Virus record (IMG/VR): IMGVR_UViG_3300016667_001321
Location: 1-49,946 of that record
Direction: 5' to 3' (one strand)
Origin: a virus
Taxonomy: Duplodnaviria > Caudoviricetes
DNA length: 49,946 nucleotides
The notes under the pieces were generated by a model. The model saw only the letters and a list, made by a program, of their open reading frames with translations, was not told the origin of the DNA and did no database searches. The position numbers and the translations under genes are program-made. Below, one piece after another: positions 1-7,725 of this stretch. Within the stretch, counting starts at the first letter, position 1, and each line of letters starts with the position of its first letter.

Positions 1-186
1 GATGGGAAAGGATCATCCGGTGAAATTCTGGAAGGATTGGTTCTGGATGTTTTCTTTGTGGATGGTGTTGCCAAGAAGAGAAGAGATAATAATTCCAGGT
101 GGATTTCCGGTAGGTTGTTGGTGGATGGTGTACCACGGTTGGTAAATCTATATTGGGATGATTTCGTAGAAGTTCTAAACCCATGA
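1..186 (+). CDS. SH3/KOW-like small protein, 5'-truncated by window edge
   Basis: Frame 1 reads DGKGSSGEILEGLVLDVF...LVNLYWDDFVEVLNP*; the stop overlaps the next ATG (ATGA). Confidence 0.6.
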   Translation, partial: DGKGSSGEILEGLVLDVFFVDGVAKKRRDNNSRWISGRLLVDGVPRLVNLYWDDFVEVLNP

Positions 187-362
187 GTTTCCAGGTAAAA
201 GATTTGGTGTTTGTGAGGGGTTCCAGAACCTTGTATAGAACTCCACTAATCATTGTGGATATTCAAAGTTTTCAGGATGGTGTTGATTACATCATACTTG
301 ATCCACAAACAGGAAATCGTTATGCATATCAAAAACATGATCTAATGGATTCTCCACAGTGA
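183..362 (+). CDS. SH3/KOW-like small protein (59 aa, below ORF-track cutoff)
   Basis: MSFQVKDLVFVRG...YIILDPQTGNRYAYQKHDLMDSPQ*; same pattern as its neighbours. Confidence 0.65.
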   Translation: MSFQVKDLVFVRGSRTLYRTPLIIVDIQSFQDGVDYIILDPQTGNRYAYQKHDLMDSPQ

Positions 363-363
363 T

Positions 364-615
364 ATGAAAATTTCTGTTGGAAACCTGGTGTTGGTAAATG
401 GATACCAAAGAAAACTTTGGGGAAGTGAAGAGGAATTGGTTAGAGGTTATAAAACCTACCCTGGGGTTTATGGTTATCATGGTTCCATTTGGGTTGAACC
501 AGGTTGTGGTGTGGTTTTAGGTGTGAAAAAAGAATTCATTCAGGTTCTAATTCATTCCTATTTTATTTGGTTTGAAAGAACTCAACTTGAATTGGTAGGT
601 AACCATGAAAAATAG
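364..615 (+). CDS. SH3/KOW-like small protein
   Basis: MKISVGNLV...GVVLGV...IQVL...WFERTQLELV family pattern. Confidence 0.75.
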   Translation: MKISVGNLVLVNGYQRKLWGSEEELVRGYKTYPGVYGYHGSIWVEPGCGVVLGVKKEFIQVLIHSYFIWFERTQLELVGNHEK

Positions 616-835
616 TTATTCAAAGAAAACCAAATATAGGATTGGTGATATGTTCACCGCAAATTTTCCATGGGAATCCCAGGAGGTTTGGAGTGAACTT
701 CATGGTTTCATTCCTGAAGGAATTCATAGAGGAGATTCACTTTTGGTACTTCAGGTGGTGGATAAAAGATTGAAGGTTTTAACCCCTCAAGGTACCGTTG
801 GTTGGGTTTCAATGAATATTTTTGAGATGGAATGA
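605..835 (+). CDS. SH3/KOW-like small protein
   Basis: YRIGDMF...LVLQV...LKVLTPQGTVGWV. Confidence 0.75.
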   Translation: MKNSYSKKTKYRIGDMFTANFPWESQEVWSELHGFIPEGIHRGDSLLVLQVVDKRLKVLTPQGTVGWVSMNIFEME

Positions 836-1008
836 AAACCGGGGATTGTGTGGTGGTGAGTAGAACCTTGTATCGTAGAAAAACGATTGGAATTATTCTA
901 CGTGAGGAACCTCATGCATGGGAAACCAGGTTTTTTACGGTAATTTTACCTGATGGAAATACCGAATTGTTTTCAGAGAATAATCTAGAGGTGGTTCCAA
1001 CCAAATGA
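832..1008 (+). CDS. SH3/KOW-like small protein (58 aa, not in track)
   Basis: MKTGDCVVV...IGIIL...FTVILPDGNTELFSENNLEVV; ATGA overlaps at both ends. Confidence 0.7.
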   Translation: MKTGDCVVVSRTLYRRKTIGIILREEPHAWETRFFTVILPDGNTELFSENNLEVVPTK

Positions 1009-1217
1009 AGATGGATTTTGGTACCGGTAAGAGTATTGATTTGGAACCGGGAGATCTTGTGAAATATGTTCCGGTGTATGGTGGTGTTAATTTTGGTGTT
1101 TTTGTTGGAACAACCAAGAAGGGTTATCCAATGAGAAGATTGAAGATGAGGTTTTTGGTGGATGGTGTTGTTCAAGAGATACCAAATGGATTGATATTTA
1201 AACTTGAAGTTGTGTGA
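1005..1217 (+). CDS. SH3/KOW-like small protein
   Basis: LEPGDLVKY...GVFVG...FLVDG...LEVV. Confidence 0.75.
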   Translation: MKMDFGTGKSIDLEPGDLVKYVPVYGGVNFGVFVGTTKKGYPMRRLKMRFLVDGVVQEIPNGLIFKLEVV

Positions 1218-1426
1218 TGAAAACCGGGGATCTCATTTGGTATTGTGATGAACATAATTCCTTGAGGAATGAATTCCTTGGGATATACCTCAGTTCCAGA
1301 GGAACCAAGTGGAGTGATAAACATATGTTCCATAAGGTGATCCTGTGTGGGGGAGGAATAGATGAGTTTATTTTGAGGATTGGTGGAGAAGGTAGGATAG
1401 AGGTGGTTCAGGGGTGGGAGGAATGA
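1214..1426 (+). CDS. SH3/KOW-like small protein
   Basis: MKTGDLIWY...LGIYL...HKVIL...IEVV. Confidence 0.75.
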   Translation: MMKTGDLIWYCDEHNSLRNEFLGIYLSSRGTKWSDKHMFHKVILCGGGIDEFILRIGGEGRIEVVQGWEE

Positions 1427-1668
1427 AAATTCGCCCAGGAGATTTGATGTTTTCCAATATAGGTACCAATGTTTGGGATACCCCTGGAGATCATTCTCCT
1501 TCCAGTGTTGTTGATCTTCTGGAGGAAAAACAACCGGTGATTGTGTTGGAAATTTACAAGAGAAAATACTATGAACACAACCTCACTGAAATAAAGGTTC
1601 TCACCCCCAATGGTGCGGTTGGGTGGGTTGCGATAGAGAAGGTGGATAAGGTTTGGGTGATAATGTGA
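1423..1668 (+). CDS. SH3/KOW-like small protein
   Basis: MKIRPGDLM...VIVLEI...IKVLTPNGAVGWV; start moved to the ATG overlapping the upstream stop. Confidence 0.75.
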   Translation: MKIRPGDLMFSNIGTNVWDTPGDHSPSSVVDLLEEKQPVIVLEIYKRKYYEHNLTEIKVLTPNGAVGWVAIEKVDKVWVIM

Positions 1669-1925
1669 TCCCCGGTGATTCGGTACGAGTTCTCTCGGTA
1701 AAAAATCACCACAACGATCTCCACCGGGTTTACGATATGCCCGATAAATTCCGTTGGGTAGGTGAATCCGTGGTTCCTCGTTCCTTCATCTTCAAGGTTC
1801 CAGGTGGATCACTTGGAATCATTCTGGAAATCCAAGGTGAACAACTCAAGGTTCTGTTCCACGGTGGTTCCGTGGGGTGGATCAAAAGTGAACTTGTGGA
1901 AGTTGTGGATATCCACACCCTGTGA
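1665..1925 (+). CDS. SH3/KOW-like small protein
   Basis: GTG start; IPGDSVRV...LGIILEI...LKVLFHGGSVGWIKSELVEVV. Confidence 0.75.
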   Translation: MIPGDSVRVLSVKNHHNDLHRVYDMPDKFRWVGESVVPRSFIFKVPGGSLGIILEIQGEQLKVLFHGGSVGWIKSELVEVVDIHTL

Positions 1926-1951
1926 AAACCTCCACCCACAGGTGATACAAT
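1922..1951 (+). promoter_or_regulatory. Putative early-type promoter (GTGAAA-N18-TACAAT), leaderless transcript
   Basis: Same motif class as 5400, 9457, 12885, 14912, 20314, 34095, 34991, 39642; ATG lies 6 nt after the -10. Confidence 0.55.
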
Positions 1952-1957
1952 ATACCC

Positions 1958-2182
1958 ATGGAATACCACTCCGGTGATCTCATCCTGGTAAAACCCGGAA
2001 CCCATGTTCCACCAGGATCCAGATATTCTTCTGGAATCGTACTGGATGTACGAGAGGATCCACGATTCACCCATTGGAATGGAATCCCCGAGGTATACCT
2101 AAAAATCCTCTGGTCCGATGGGCACCAATCAACCGAGGATATTCGAAAGGTATCACCCTACTATGAATTCATCCACCCTTAA
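1958..2182 (+). CDS. SH3/KOW-like small protein
   Basis: SGDLILV...GIVLDV...LKILWSDG. Confidence 0.75.
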   Translation: MEYHSGDLILVKPGTHVPPGSRYSSGIVLDVREDPRFTHWNGIPEVYLKILWSDGHQSTEDIRKVSPYYEFIHP

Positions 2183-2426
2183 ACCCGGTTCACTTCTCAA
2201 GGTAAACCACCACGTGGTACCCGAACTCAGGTTCTACCGCGAACTCAAGGATGATATCCAATGGGATGATATCCAATGGGATGGAAAATCCAAACTATAT
2301 CCCAACGATATCCTCATTTACCTCGGATCGGAAATGGTTCGTTTCGTTCTATTCGCCCATGTTTTCTCATCTTCCCAAGGTAAAACCGGTTACGCGGCTC
2401 TCACTTACCTCTCGGATCTCAAATGA
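2163..2426 (+). CDS. SH3/KOW-like small protein
   Basis: MNSSTLKPGSLLKV...DILIYLG...VFSSSQGKTGY; close paralog of the next gene. Confidence 0.7.
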   Translation: MNSSTLKPGSLLKVNHHVVPELRFYRELKDDIQWDDIQWDGKSKLYPNDILIYLGSEMVRFVLFAHVFSSSQGKTGYAALTYLSDLK

Positions 2427-2668
2427 AACACCCTGAATTTCCAGGAGGAACCCTTCTCAAACTCCACGGATCCCTTCTCTCCACCTCATTCCACAATGAT
2501 GGTGTGGATAACCTATGGAATGGAGAACATCGAATCCATCCCCAGGAAATCCTCATTTCCTTAGGAAAAACCCTCAGGACTTTCACCCACTACACACTCG
2601 TTTTCTCTCCCACCCACAATCGGGCAGGTTACATTAACACCGATCACATCACGGAAATTCAACCGTGA
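2423..2668 (+). CDS. SH3/KOW-like small protein
   Basis: FPGGTLLKL...EILISLG...VFSPTHNRAGYI. Confidence 0.7.
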   Translation: MKHPEFPGGTLLKLHGSLLSTSFHNDGVDNLWNGEHRIHPQEILISLGKTLRTFTHYTLVFSPTHNRAGYINTDHITEIQP

Positions 2669-2877
2669 AACGCGGTGATCTGGTGAGCATCACCCACATC
2701 GTTGGGATTCGCATGGAAACCAAAACCACCGTTGGAATACTACTCTCCTACGAACCTGTTGAACCCAACATGTACGATAACATCTACGATCTTGAGATAC
2801 TCACCACCGAAGGTAACGTAATCGGGCTCGGAATTTTTCACGGGGATAAACTGGAGGTGATCAGTGAAAATTGGTGA
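2665..2877 (+). CDS. SH3/KOW-like small protein
   Basis: MKRGDLVSI...VGILL...LEILTTEG...KLEVIS. Confidence 0.75.
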   Translation: MKRGDLVSITHIVGIRMETKTTVGILLSYEPVEPNMYDNIYDLEILTTEGNVIGLGIFHGDKLEVISENW

Positions 2878-3076
2878 TCTACTGGTTCCACTCAACTCCT
2901 CCACATCCCACAAGGATCATCCAGGATTGGTAACAGGTTTAACCGATAAAAGCTCCAATTTCAACGTGGTATACATCACCTGGAGGAATGGGGTAACCGA
3001 TGGATGGGATCACAACTTCGTTATCAAAAACTTCGAGGTTATCAGTGCACAAAACCCGGATCCCAAGTGTAAATGA
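2864..3076 (+). CDS. SH3/KOW-like small protein
   Basis: MKIGDLLV...GLVTG...VYITWRNG...FEVIS. Confidence 0.75.
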   Translation: MKIGDLLVPLNSSTSHKDHPGLVTGLTDKSSNFNVVYITWRNGVTDGWDHNFVIKNFEVISAQNPDPKCK

Positions 3077-3077
3077 T

Positions 3078-3233
3078 GTGATTCCAGGGGTACTGGTTCT
3101 CCACCATCTCACCCCAGAAATCGGAATTGTTCTCCGTGTAAATTGGGAGATGGTTGAGTTACTATTGGGAAGTGGTGCGGTTGTGAAGTGGGGATTCGGT
3201 TCATTTCGAAGCACCTATGAGATTCCACTATGA
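3078..3233 (+). CDS. SH3/KOW-like small protein
   Basis: Probable GTG start; IPGVLVLH...IGIVLRV...VELLLGSG; start position uncertain. Confidence 0.6.
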   Translation: MIPGVLVLHHLTPEIGIVLRVNWEMVELLLGSGAVVKWGFGSFRSTYEIPL

Positions 3234-3418
3234 AAAAAGGTGATCTGGTTCTAATCGATCATTATCATCCCAGGGATTCACCACAATCCTATGGGATCTA
3301 CATCAAGGATATTCAACTACGAGATCCTCGATACACACCATCATTTCCAACCTGTGAAATCATAACCTCCAATGGTTTACAGGTAATTGGAGTGGAAAGA
3401 ATCCATGTACTACTATGA
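3230..3418 (+). CDS. SH3/KOW-like small protein
   Basis: MKKGDLVLI...YGIYI...CEIITSNG. Confidence 0.75.
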   Translation: MKKGDLVLIDHYHPRDSPQSYGIYIKDIQLRDPRYTPSFPTCEIITSNGLQVIGVERIHVLL

Positions 3419-3603
3419 AAATGAAACCCTCCGAGGTTCAGGTTGGAGATCTTATGATCACAACAGATTTTCTGGAAGCAGAGTTACAACTGGTACTTCG
3501 GGTGGATCACAATCGGGATCTCGTTGATGTTTTCACCCCCAGGCTCGGGAAGGTGGAACACTATCGTTTATCCTGGATTATGGGTTGTGAAAAGGTATGT
3601 TAA
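3415..3603 (+). CDS. SH3/KOW-like small protein
   Basis: VQVGDLMI...LVLRV...VDVFTPRLG. Confidence 0.7.
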   Translation: MKMKPSEVQVGDLMITTDFLEAELQLVLRVDHNRDLVDVFTPRLGKVEHYRLSWIMGCEKVC

Positions 3604-4055
3604 ACCTCTATTATTTCCTTTATCCAACTCCTAGGAATCGAAGGTAATGATGTTCCTATTTCTCCATCCACACCATCAGGAAATTCATTCATAAACTCAT
3701 AGTAACCATCATCACCACTTCCAAACCTATCATCAGGAACCACATACTGGGGATTCAAATATTTCTTTGGAATTTCAACCCTAACCATCACCCCTTCATT
3801 GGTTACCCACCTCGGATCATCATACCAACCCACGGTAAAATAAATTCCATGTGATTCCGATTGAAGTTTTAATCCATCCCTATCAATCGATTCCTTATTA
3901 CTCAATGGTGATTCATGGGTTACACGAAGAAAACCTCCACCCTCATCCGCAAGATGTTTTAAGGTGGAATAAAACCAAACCTTCTCAGGAATCCAATCCT
4001 CTTCCTCCAGGTTTTCCCTAATCAATCTTCTCAAATCACCAAGTGAAATCTTCAT
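3600..4055 (-). CDS. Putative ADP-ribosyltransferase-fold (Tpt1/KptA-like) protein with LRxxIRE leader
   Basis: MKISLGDLRRLIRENLEE leader; RVTHES..N.ESI...GLK...GIYFT...VMVRVEIP...IPRSWI resembles the ART 'YHGT..I..GL..vY.T' core. Confidence 0.5.
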   Translation of the reverse strand: MKISLGDLRRLIRENLEEEDWIPEKVWFYSTLKHLADEGGGFLRVTHESPLSNKESIDRDGLKLQSESHGIYFTVGWYDDPRWVTNEGVMVRVEIPKKYLNPQYVVPDDRFGSGDDGYYEFMNEFPDGVDGEIGTSLPSIPRSWIKEIIEV

Positions 4056-4084
4056 GGGGTTAATTATACAATTGAGTTGATACC

Positions 4085-4309
4085 ATGGGCCCAGGAGATC
4101 TAATTACCCCTCAATTTGGTTCATTACACACGTATGAATTCATCGAACCCAACCTTGGGCCCTACATCTCCACCATGCACTTCGGTGATATTGGAATCAC
4201 CATTGATTCCGGATTTTCCTGCTGGGATATTCCATACCTCAAGGTTCTACTTCCAGATGGAAAAATTGGGTGGCTCCGCAGAGAAAAAGTAGAGGAAGTT
4301 CCGATATGA
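4085..4309 (+). CDS. SH3/KOW-like small protein
   Basis: MGPGDLI...DIGITID...LKVLLPDGKIGWLRREKVEEV. Confidence 0.75.
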   Translation: MGPGDLITPQFGSLHTYEFIEPNLGPYISTMHFGDIGITIDSGFSCWDIPYLKVLLPDGKIGWLRREKVEEVPI

Positions 4310-4353
4310 GTTTCATTGGAAAGTTGGTTAGGGTGGATTTAGGGATGTTGTGA
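4306..4353 (+). pseudogene. Truncated duplicate of the 5632 gene start
   Basis: MSFIGKLVRVDLGML* versus MSFIGKLVRMDLPP at 5632; it ends where the endonuclease gene ends. Confidence 0.5.
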
Positions 4354-4354
4354 T

Positions 4355-5353
4355 TCAACTTTCTTGTTGAAGTTTTTTTAACCTTCGTGTTTCCCACCCT
4401 TTTCTAATTCTCTCACTTCTTTGTTCAGGTGTGAGTTTAGAGATTCCCAACTTCACATTTTCACTTATCTTCTTTCTAATCTCAGGATCACTAAGCTTTT
4501 CCTTTGTGATTTTACTTATCTTTTCCCTGATCTCTGGATCACTAAGAACTTCTCTCATTTTTTCTCCTTGTTTCTTTCGAAACTCAGGATCACTATGATG
4601 TTGTTTAATTGCATCACTAACCTTTTCTTTGTGCTCAGGATCCTCCCACAATTTCTTCAATGATTCACTCATCTTTTCTCTGTGATTAGGATCTTCCCAC
4701 ATCTTTTTACTATTTTTACTTAATTTTTCTTTAATTTCAGGTTTTTCATAAACTTTTCTGTGTGATTCTCTTCTTTTCTCCTGAAATTTAGGATCTTCCC
4801 ACATCTTTTTACTTATTTCACTCATCTTTTCTTTGTACTCAGGATCCTCCCACAATTTCTTCAATGATTCGCTCATGAGTTTTTTATGTTCAGGATCTTC
4901 CCACATTTTTTTACTATTCTTACTTCTTCTCTTTTTAACTTCAGGATCATTGTGAGCCATTTTTATTGATTCAATCACATTTTCTCTATACTCAGGATCT
5001 TCCCACATCTTTTTGGATAGTTTACTTCTCTCTTCTTTTTGTTCTTCCGAGTATTTATATCCTGAAACTCCTTCTCCCCCAAGGGTAAAATTAGCTCCAC
5101 CTTCACCAAAATCAACATGAGTTTTTAATTCCTGAATGAGTTCAATTTCTTTAACGAATGCTTCTTGTTCACTATAAGTTTCAAACACGATTTTCCTAAC
5201 CATCCCATGCTTATTTTTGATGTTGGCATGAAGTTGATTTCGATCCAGATCTTTTGCACGATTTTCACTACCTTTCCCAACGTAAAAAGGCCTTCCATCA
5301 TCTTCTCTAAAATCCGCATACACGAAGAATTTCTTCTCAGTTTCCATAACCAT
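4355..5353 (-). CDS. Free-standing GIY-YIG homing endonuclease with long helical repeat (NUMOD3-like) tail
   Basis: FFVY...PFYVGKG..R...EQEAFVKEIELI...NFTLGGEG catalytic core; start ATG at 5353 or 5347 rather than 5488. Confidence 0.8.
   Translation of the reverse strand: MVMETEKKFFVYADFREDDGRPFYVGKGSENRAKDLDRNQLHANIKNKHGMVRKIVFETYSEQEAFVKEIELIQELKTHVDFGEGGANFTLGGEGVSGYKYSEEQKEERSKLSKKMWEDPEYRENVIESIKMAHNDPEVKKRRSKNSKKMWEDPEHKKLMSESLKKLWEDPEYKEKMSEISKKMWEDPKFQEKRRESHRKVYEKPEIKEKLSKNSKKMWEDPNHREKMSESLKKLWEDPEHKEKVSDAIKQHHSDPEFRKKQGEKMREVLSDPEIREKISKITKEKLSDPEIRKKISENVKLGISKLTPEQRSERIRKGWETRRLKKLQQES
4460..5030 (-). repeat. Imperfect intragenic tandem repeats encoding (S)KKMWEDPE(Y/H)xEK units of about 15-19 aa
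   Basis: Recurrent ggatcttcccacatctttt; near-identical 50-nt copies at about 4623 and 4827. Confidence 0.8.
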
Positions 5354-5399
5354 AAATATTGGAAAAGATAACAAAAACCATGGATTTTGTATGGTTTTG

Positions 5400-5428
5400 T
5401 GTAAATTTAAGGTACCATAAGTTATGGT
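5400..5428 (+). promoter_or_regulatory. Putative early-type promoter TGTAAA-N17-TATGGT
   Basis: ATG 5435 lies 6 nt downstream; recurrent motif. Confidence 0.5.
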
Positions 5429-5434
5429 AAAACT

Positions 5435-5635
5435 ATGATTCGTGTTGGTGATCTTCTTCGTTTTCCGGATGAACCACGATATGTTCACCGTGGAAAATTA
5501 TACCTTGCCCTCAGGTTTTTCCAGTGGGAATCTCCACACAACGGGGTGGTATTCAATGAGGTTGATGTGTTGGAATTTGGAACCACCGAAATAAGAAAAT
5601 TTAGGGTGGAACATCTCAAGGTGGTTGAAAGATGA
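5435..5635 (+). CDS. SH3/KOW-like small protein
   Basis: MIRVGDLLRF...VDVLEFG...HLKVV. Confidence 0.75.
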   Translation: MIRVGDLLRFPDEPRYVHRGKLYLALRFFQWESPHNGVVFNEVDVLEFGTTEIRKFRVEHLKVVER

Positions 5636-5847
5636 GTTTCATTGGTAAATTGGTACGAATGGATCTTCCTCCACCTCATCCTCACTATGGTGAAATTGGT
5701 GTGGTTATCCGGGTAAGGAAACCAACCGGTGGAACCGGAGATGGTTACCGTGGATCCAGGATTCTATATGATATCCTGTGTGAGGGGGAGATACTAGAGG
5801 ATCAACTATATGAATACTTTGTTGAAGTGGATATGAGGGAGTGGTGA
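5632..5847 (+). CDS. SH3/KOW-like small protein
   Basis: FIGKLVRM...IGVVIRV...YDILCEG...FVEV. Confidence 0.75.
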   Translation: MSFIGKLVRMDLPPPHPHYGEIGVVIRVRKPTGGTGDGYRGSRILYDILCEGEILEDQLYEYFVEVDMREW

Positions 5848-6035
5848 GAATTGGAGATCTATTGCTCATAAATCCGGAACATCATTTCCACACCGGGCGG
5901 TATTCCAAGGGCTTGGTGATAGAAATTCACCAGGAACTCAAGGCGGTTAAGGTTATTTGGGGTGATGGTGTAAAACATCTGGAAAGTGTGGAATTATTGG
6001 AGAAGAACTACCAGAGGATCACCACAGAACCATGA
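5841..6035 (+). CDS. SH3/KOW-like small protein
   Basis: RIGDLLLI...GLVIEI...VKVIWGDG. Confidence 0.75.
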   Translation: MVRIGDLLLINPEHHFHTGRYSKGLVIEIHQELKAVKVIWGDGVKHLESVELLEKNYQRITTEP

Positions 6036-6235
6036 GAAATATTCAAATTGGTGAACTATACCACTGTAGGTGGATGGAATGGGGATCCGATATCAATGAG
6101 ATATGTTTGGTGATTGGAAAAGAAAAATTCTTTCTCACCATGGATACTGGAAATCCTTACCGTTACACGATATTGAGATCCAATGGAAAACTTCATCACC
6201 TTCATTCTAATGGAATTGGAGAGATGATCCGGTGA
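6032..6235 (+). CDS. SH3/KOW-like small protein
   Basis: IQIGELY...CLVIG...YTILRSNG. Confidence 0.7.
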   Translation: MRNIQIGELYHCRWMEWGSDINEICLVIGKEKFFLTMDTGNPYRYTILRSNGKLHHLHSNGIGEMIR

Positions 6236-6468
6236 AGGTTGGTGATCTTGTTAGAACTCATATGTTTGGTGAACATGTATTCCTTGGTATTGTACTGGAT
6301 ATCCAACCAATGAAGGGTGTTTACAGAGATTCACACCGTGGGGAGAAGATGAATTCGGTAAAGATCCTATGGGAAAAACCTGTACCAAGTTGGTTAGGTG
6401 AAGGAAGAATTTGTGAAGTAACTGATTCAATCCTTCAGGTGGTGGATCCGGAGGAATTGGATGAGTGA
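6232..6468 (+). CDS. SH3/KOW-like small protein
   Basis: MKVGDLVR...LGIVLDI...VKILW...LQVV. Confidence 0.75.
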   Translation: MKVGDLVRTHMFGEHVFLGIVLDIQPMKGVYRDSHRGEKMNSVKILWEKPVPSWLGEGRICEVTDSILQVVDPEELDE

Positions 6469-6658
6469 TAAACACCGAGGATTTTTACCTGGAGATCAGG
6501 TGAAGGTGGTTAATCACTGGTACACCAGGAAACCCCCACAACTCGGTGTTGTTATCGAGGTGGTTCCTAGTGGTGGTGTTATTCACTCCGAAAGGATAAA
6601 ATTGGTGGTTCCTGAAGGAATTACCTGGAGATGGGATCATGAGTGCGAGAGAATTTGA
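6461..6658 (+). CDS. SH3/KOW-like small protein
   Basis: FLPGDQVKV...LGVVIEV...IKLVVPEG. Confidence 0.75.
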   Translation: MSDKHRGFLPGDQVKVVNHWYTRKPPQLGVVIEVVPSGGVIHSERIKLVVPEGITWRWDHECERI

Positions 6659-6878
6659 GTTAGGTTCTCTGGTGAAATTGACCAGAACCTATATTCAACA
6701 CCCATCCAAACCTGTTCTCGGTATCCTACTTGAATATGAAAAGTTTGATGATAACAATGGGGCCTTTGGAAAGGTTTCAAAAATAAAACTATTGTTATCC
6801 AATGGAATTTCCAAAGATTATTTCCTGTTCAAGGAGGATGAATTGGAGATGGTAAATGAGATCAATATCCCCCGGTGA
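6639..6878 (+). CDS. SH3/KOW-like small protein
   Basis: FELGSLVKL...LGILLE...IKLLLSNG...LEMV. Confidence 0.75.
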   Translation: MSAREFELGSLVKLTRTYIQHPSKPVLGILLEYEKFDDNNGAFGKVSKIKLLLSNGISKDYFLFKEDELEMVNEINIPR

Positions 6879-7035
6879 TTTGGTGATTCATTCCTATGGA
6901 ATTCCAACGATCGGTATGGTGTTGGAGGTTAGGGGTGAATTTCCTTGGAGTTACCGAGTGGTGTGGAATTCGGGTGAGATAAAGGATTGTGATTTGGGTA
7001 CCGTGAGGAGAGTGTGGTGTTATGAAGGTAGGTGA
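6856..7035 (+). CDS. SH3/KOW-like small protein (59 aa, not in track)
   Basis: MRSISPGDLVI...IGMVLEV...YRVVWNSG. Confidence 0.7.
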   Translation: MRSISPGDLVIHSYGIPTIGMVLEVRGEFPWSYRVVWNSGEIKDCDLGTVRRVWCYEGR

Positions 7036-7270
7036 TTTGGTTACTCCAGATCCTAAGGGATGTACCGATAGGGGTTTACATGTTTACCCATTTTGGGGTT
7101 CCAAGGATACCGGAATACCGGTACCGGTGGGAAGTTGGAAGTTGGGTGAGGTTGGTGTGATACTGGAATCACTTGAGGTTCAAGGTGGAAATGGTTGTAA
7201 GGTGTTGTGTGGTGGTGTTTCAGGTTGGGTTTACCTATGTTACCTGAAAATTGTGGATGATGAAAAGTAA
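7022..7270 (+). CDS. SH3/KOW-like small protein
   Basis: MKVGDLVT...EVGVILE...CKVLCGGVSGWV...LKIV. Confidence 0.75.
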   Translation: MKVGDLVTPDPKGCTDRGLHVYPFWGSKDTGIPVPVGSWKLGEVGVILESLEVQGGNGCKVLCGGVSGWVYLCYLKIVDDEK

Positions 7271-7357
7271 AATGAGGTTTTACTTTGGTGTAGGAAAGGT
7301 AACCCCGGGGATACTTTTGTGAGGAGGAGGAGTACCTCAGGAATATGGCCATTGGAT

Positions 7358-7540
7358 ATGATCACCGGTGATTTGGTGTTGCGTGAGGATTTTGATGGAA
7401 GAAATATATTGATTTTTATGGGATGGGTGGATAGAAACAAATACCATGCCATGATTTATGATTATCAGGGTTATAGGCCATTTTGGTTTAACCCCAATTA
7501 TTCGATGGAGAAATGGTGGATAATAAACCCGATAGAATAA
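7358..7540 (+). CDS. SH3/KOW-like small protein
   Basis: MITGDLVLRE...LIFMGW; ATG 7358 preferred over 7319. Confidence 0.65.
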   Translation: MITGDLVLREDFDGRNILIFMGWVDRNKYHAMIYDYQGYRPFWFNPNYSMEKWWIINPIE

Positions 7541-7725
7541 TCGTTGGTGATCTGGTGAATTGGTATGAGAAGGAGTATGGAGCCAGTGTTACCGGTTTGG
7601 TTTTAGGGGTGAAACCTAATACATTTTATCCGGAAGTTGATACATATTCGATCCTGGATTTTGATGGGTTGAAGAGGGAGATACATTCCGCTGCGTGGTC
7701 GGATTATAGGATATTGAATAGATGA
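7513..7725 (+). CDS. SH3/KOW-like small protein
   Basis: IIVGDLVNW...GLVLGV...YSILDFDG. Confidence 0.75.
   Translation: MVDNKPDRIIVGDLVNWYEKEYGASVTGLVLGVKPNTFYPEVDTYSILDFDGLKREIHSAAWSDYRILNR

Noticed and set aside
2250-2283. 15-nt tandem duplication encoding DIQWD twice
   Set aside because: A simple in-frame slippage in a variable loop, with no sign of a separate function.
4460-5030. CRISPR array
   Set aside because: The repeats are degenerate, in frame and protein-coding, with no unique spacers or cas genes.
5354-5488. N-terminal extension of the GIY-YIG ORF to 5488
   Set aside because: It overlaps the divergent gene and both promoter motifs; the nuclease domain starts at MVMETEKK.
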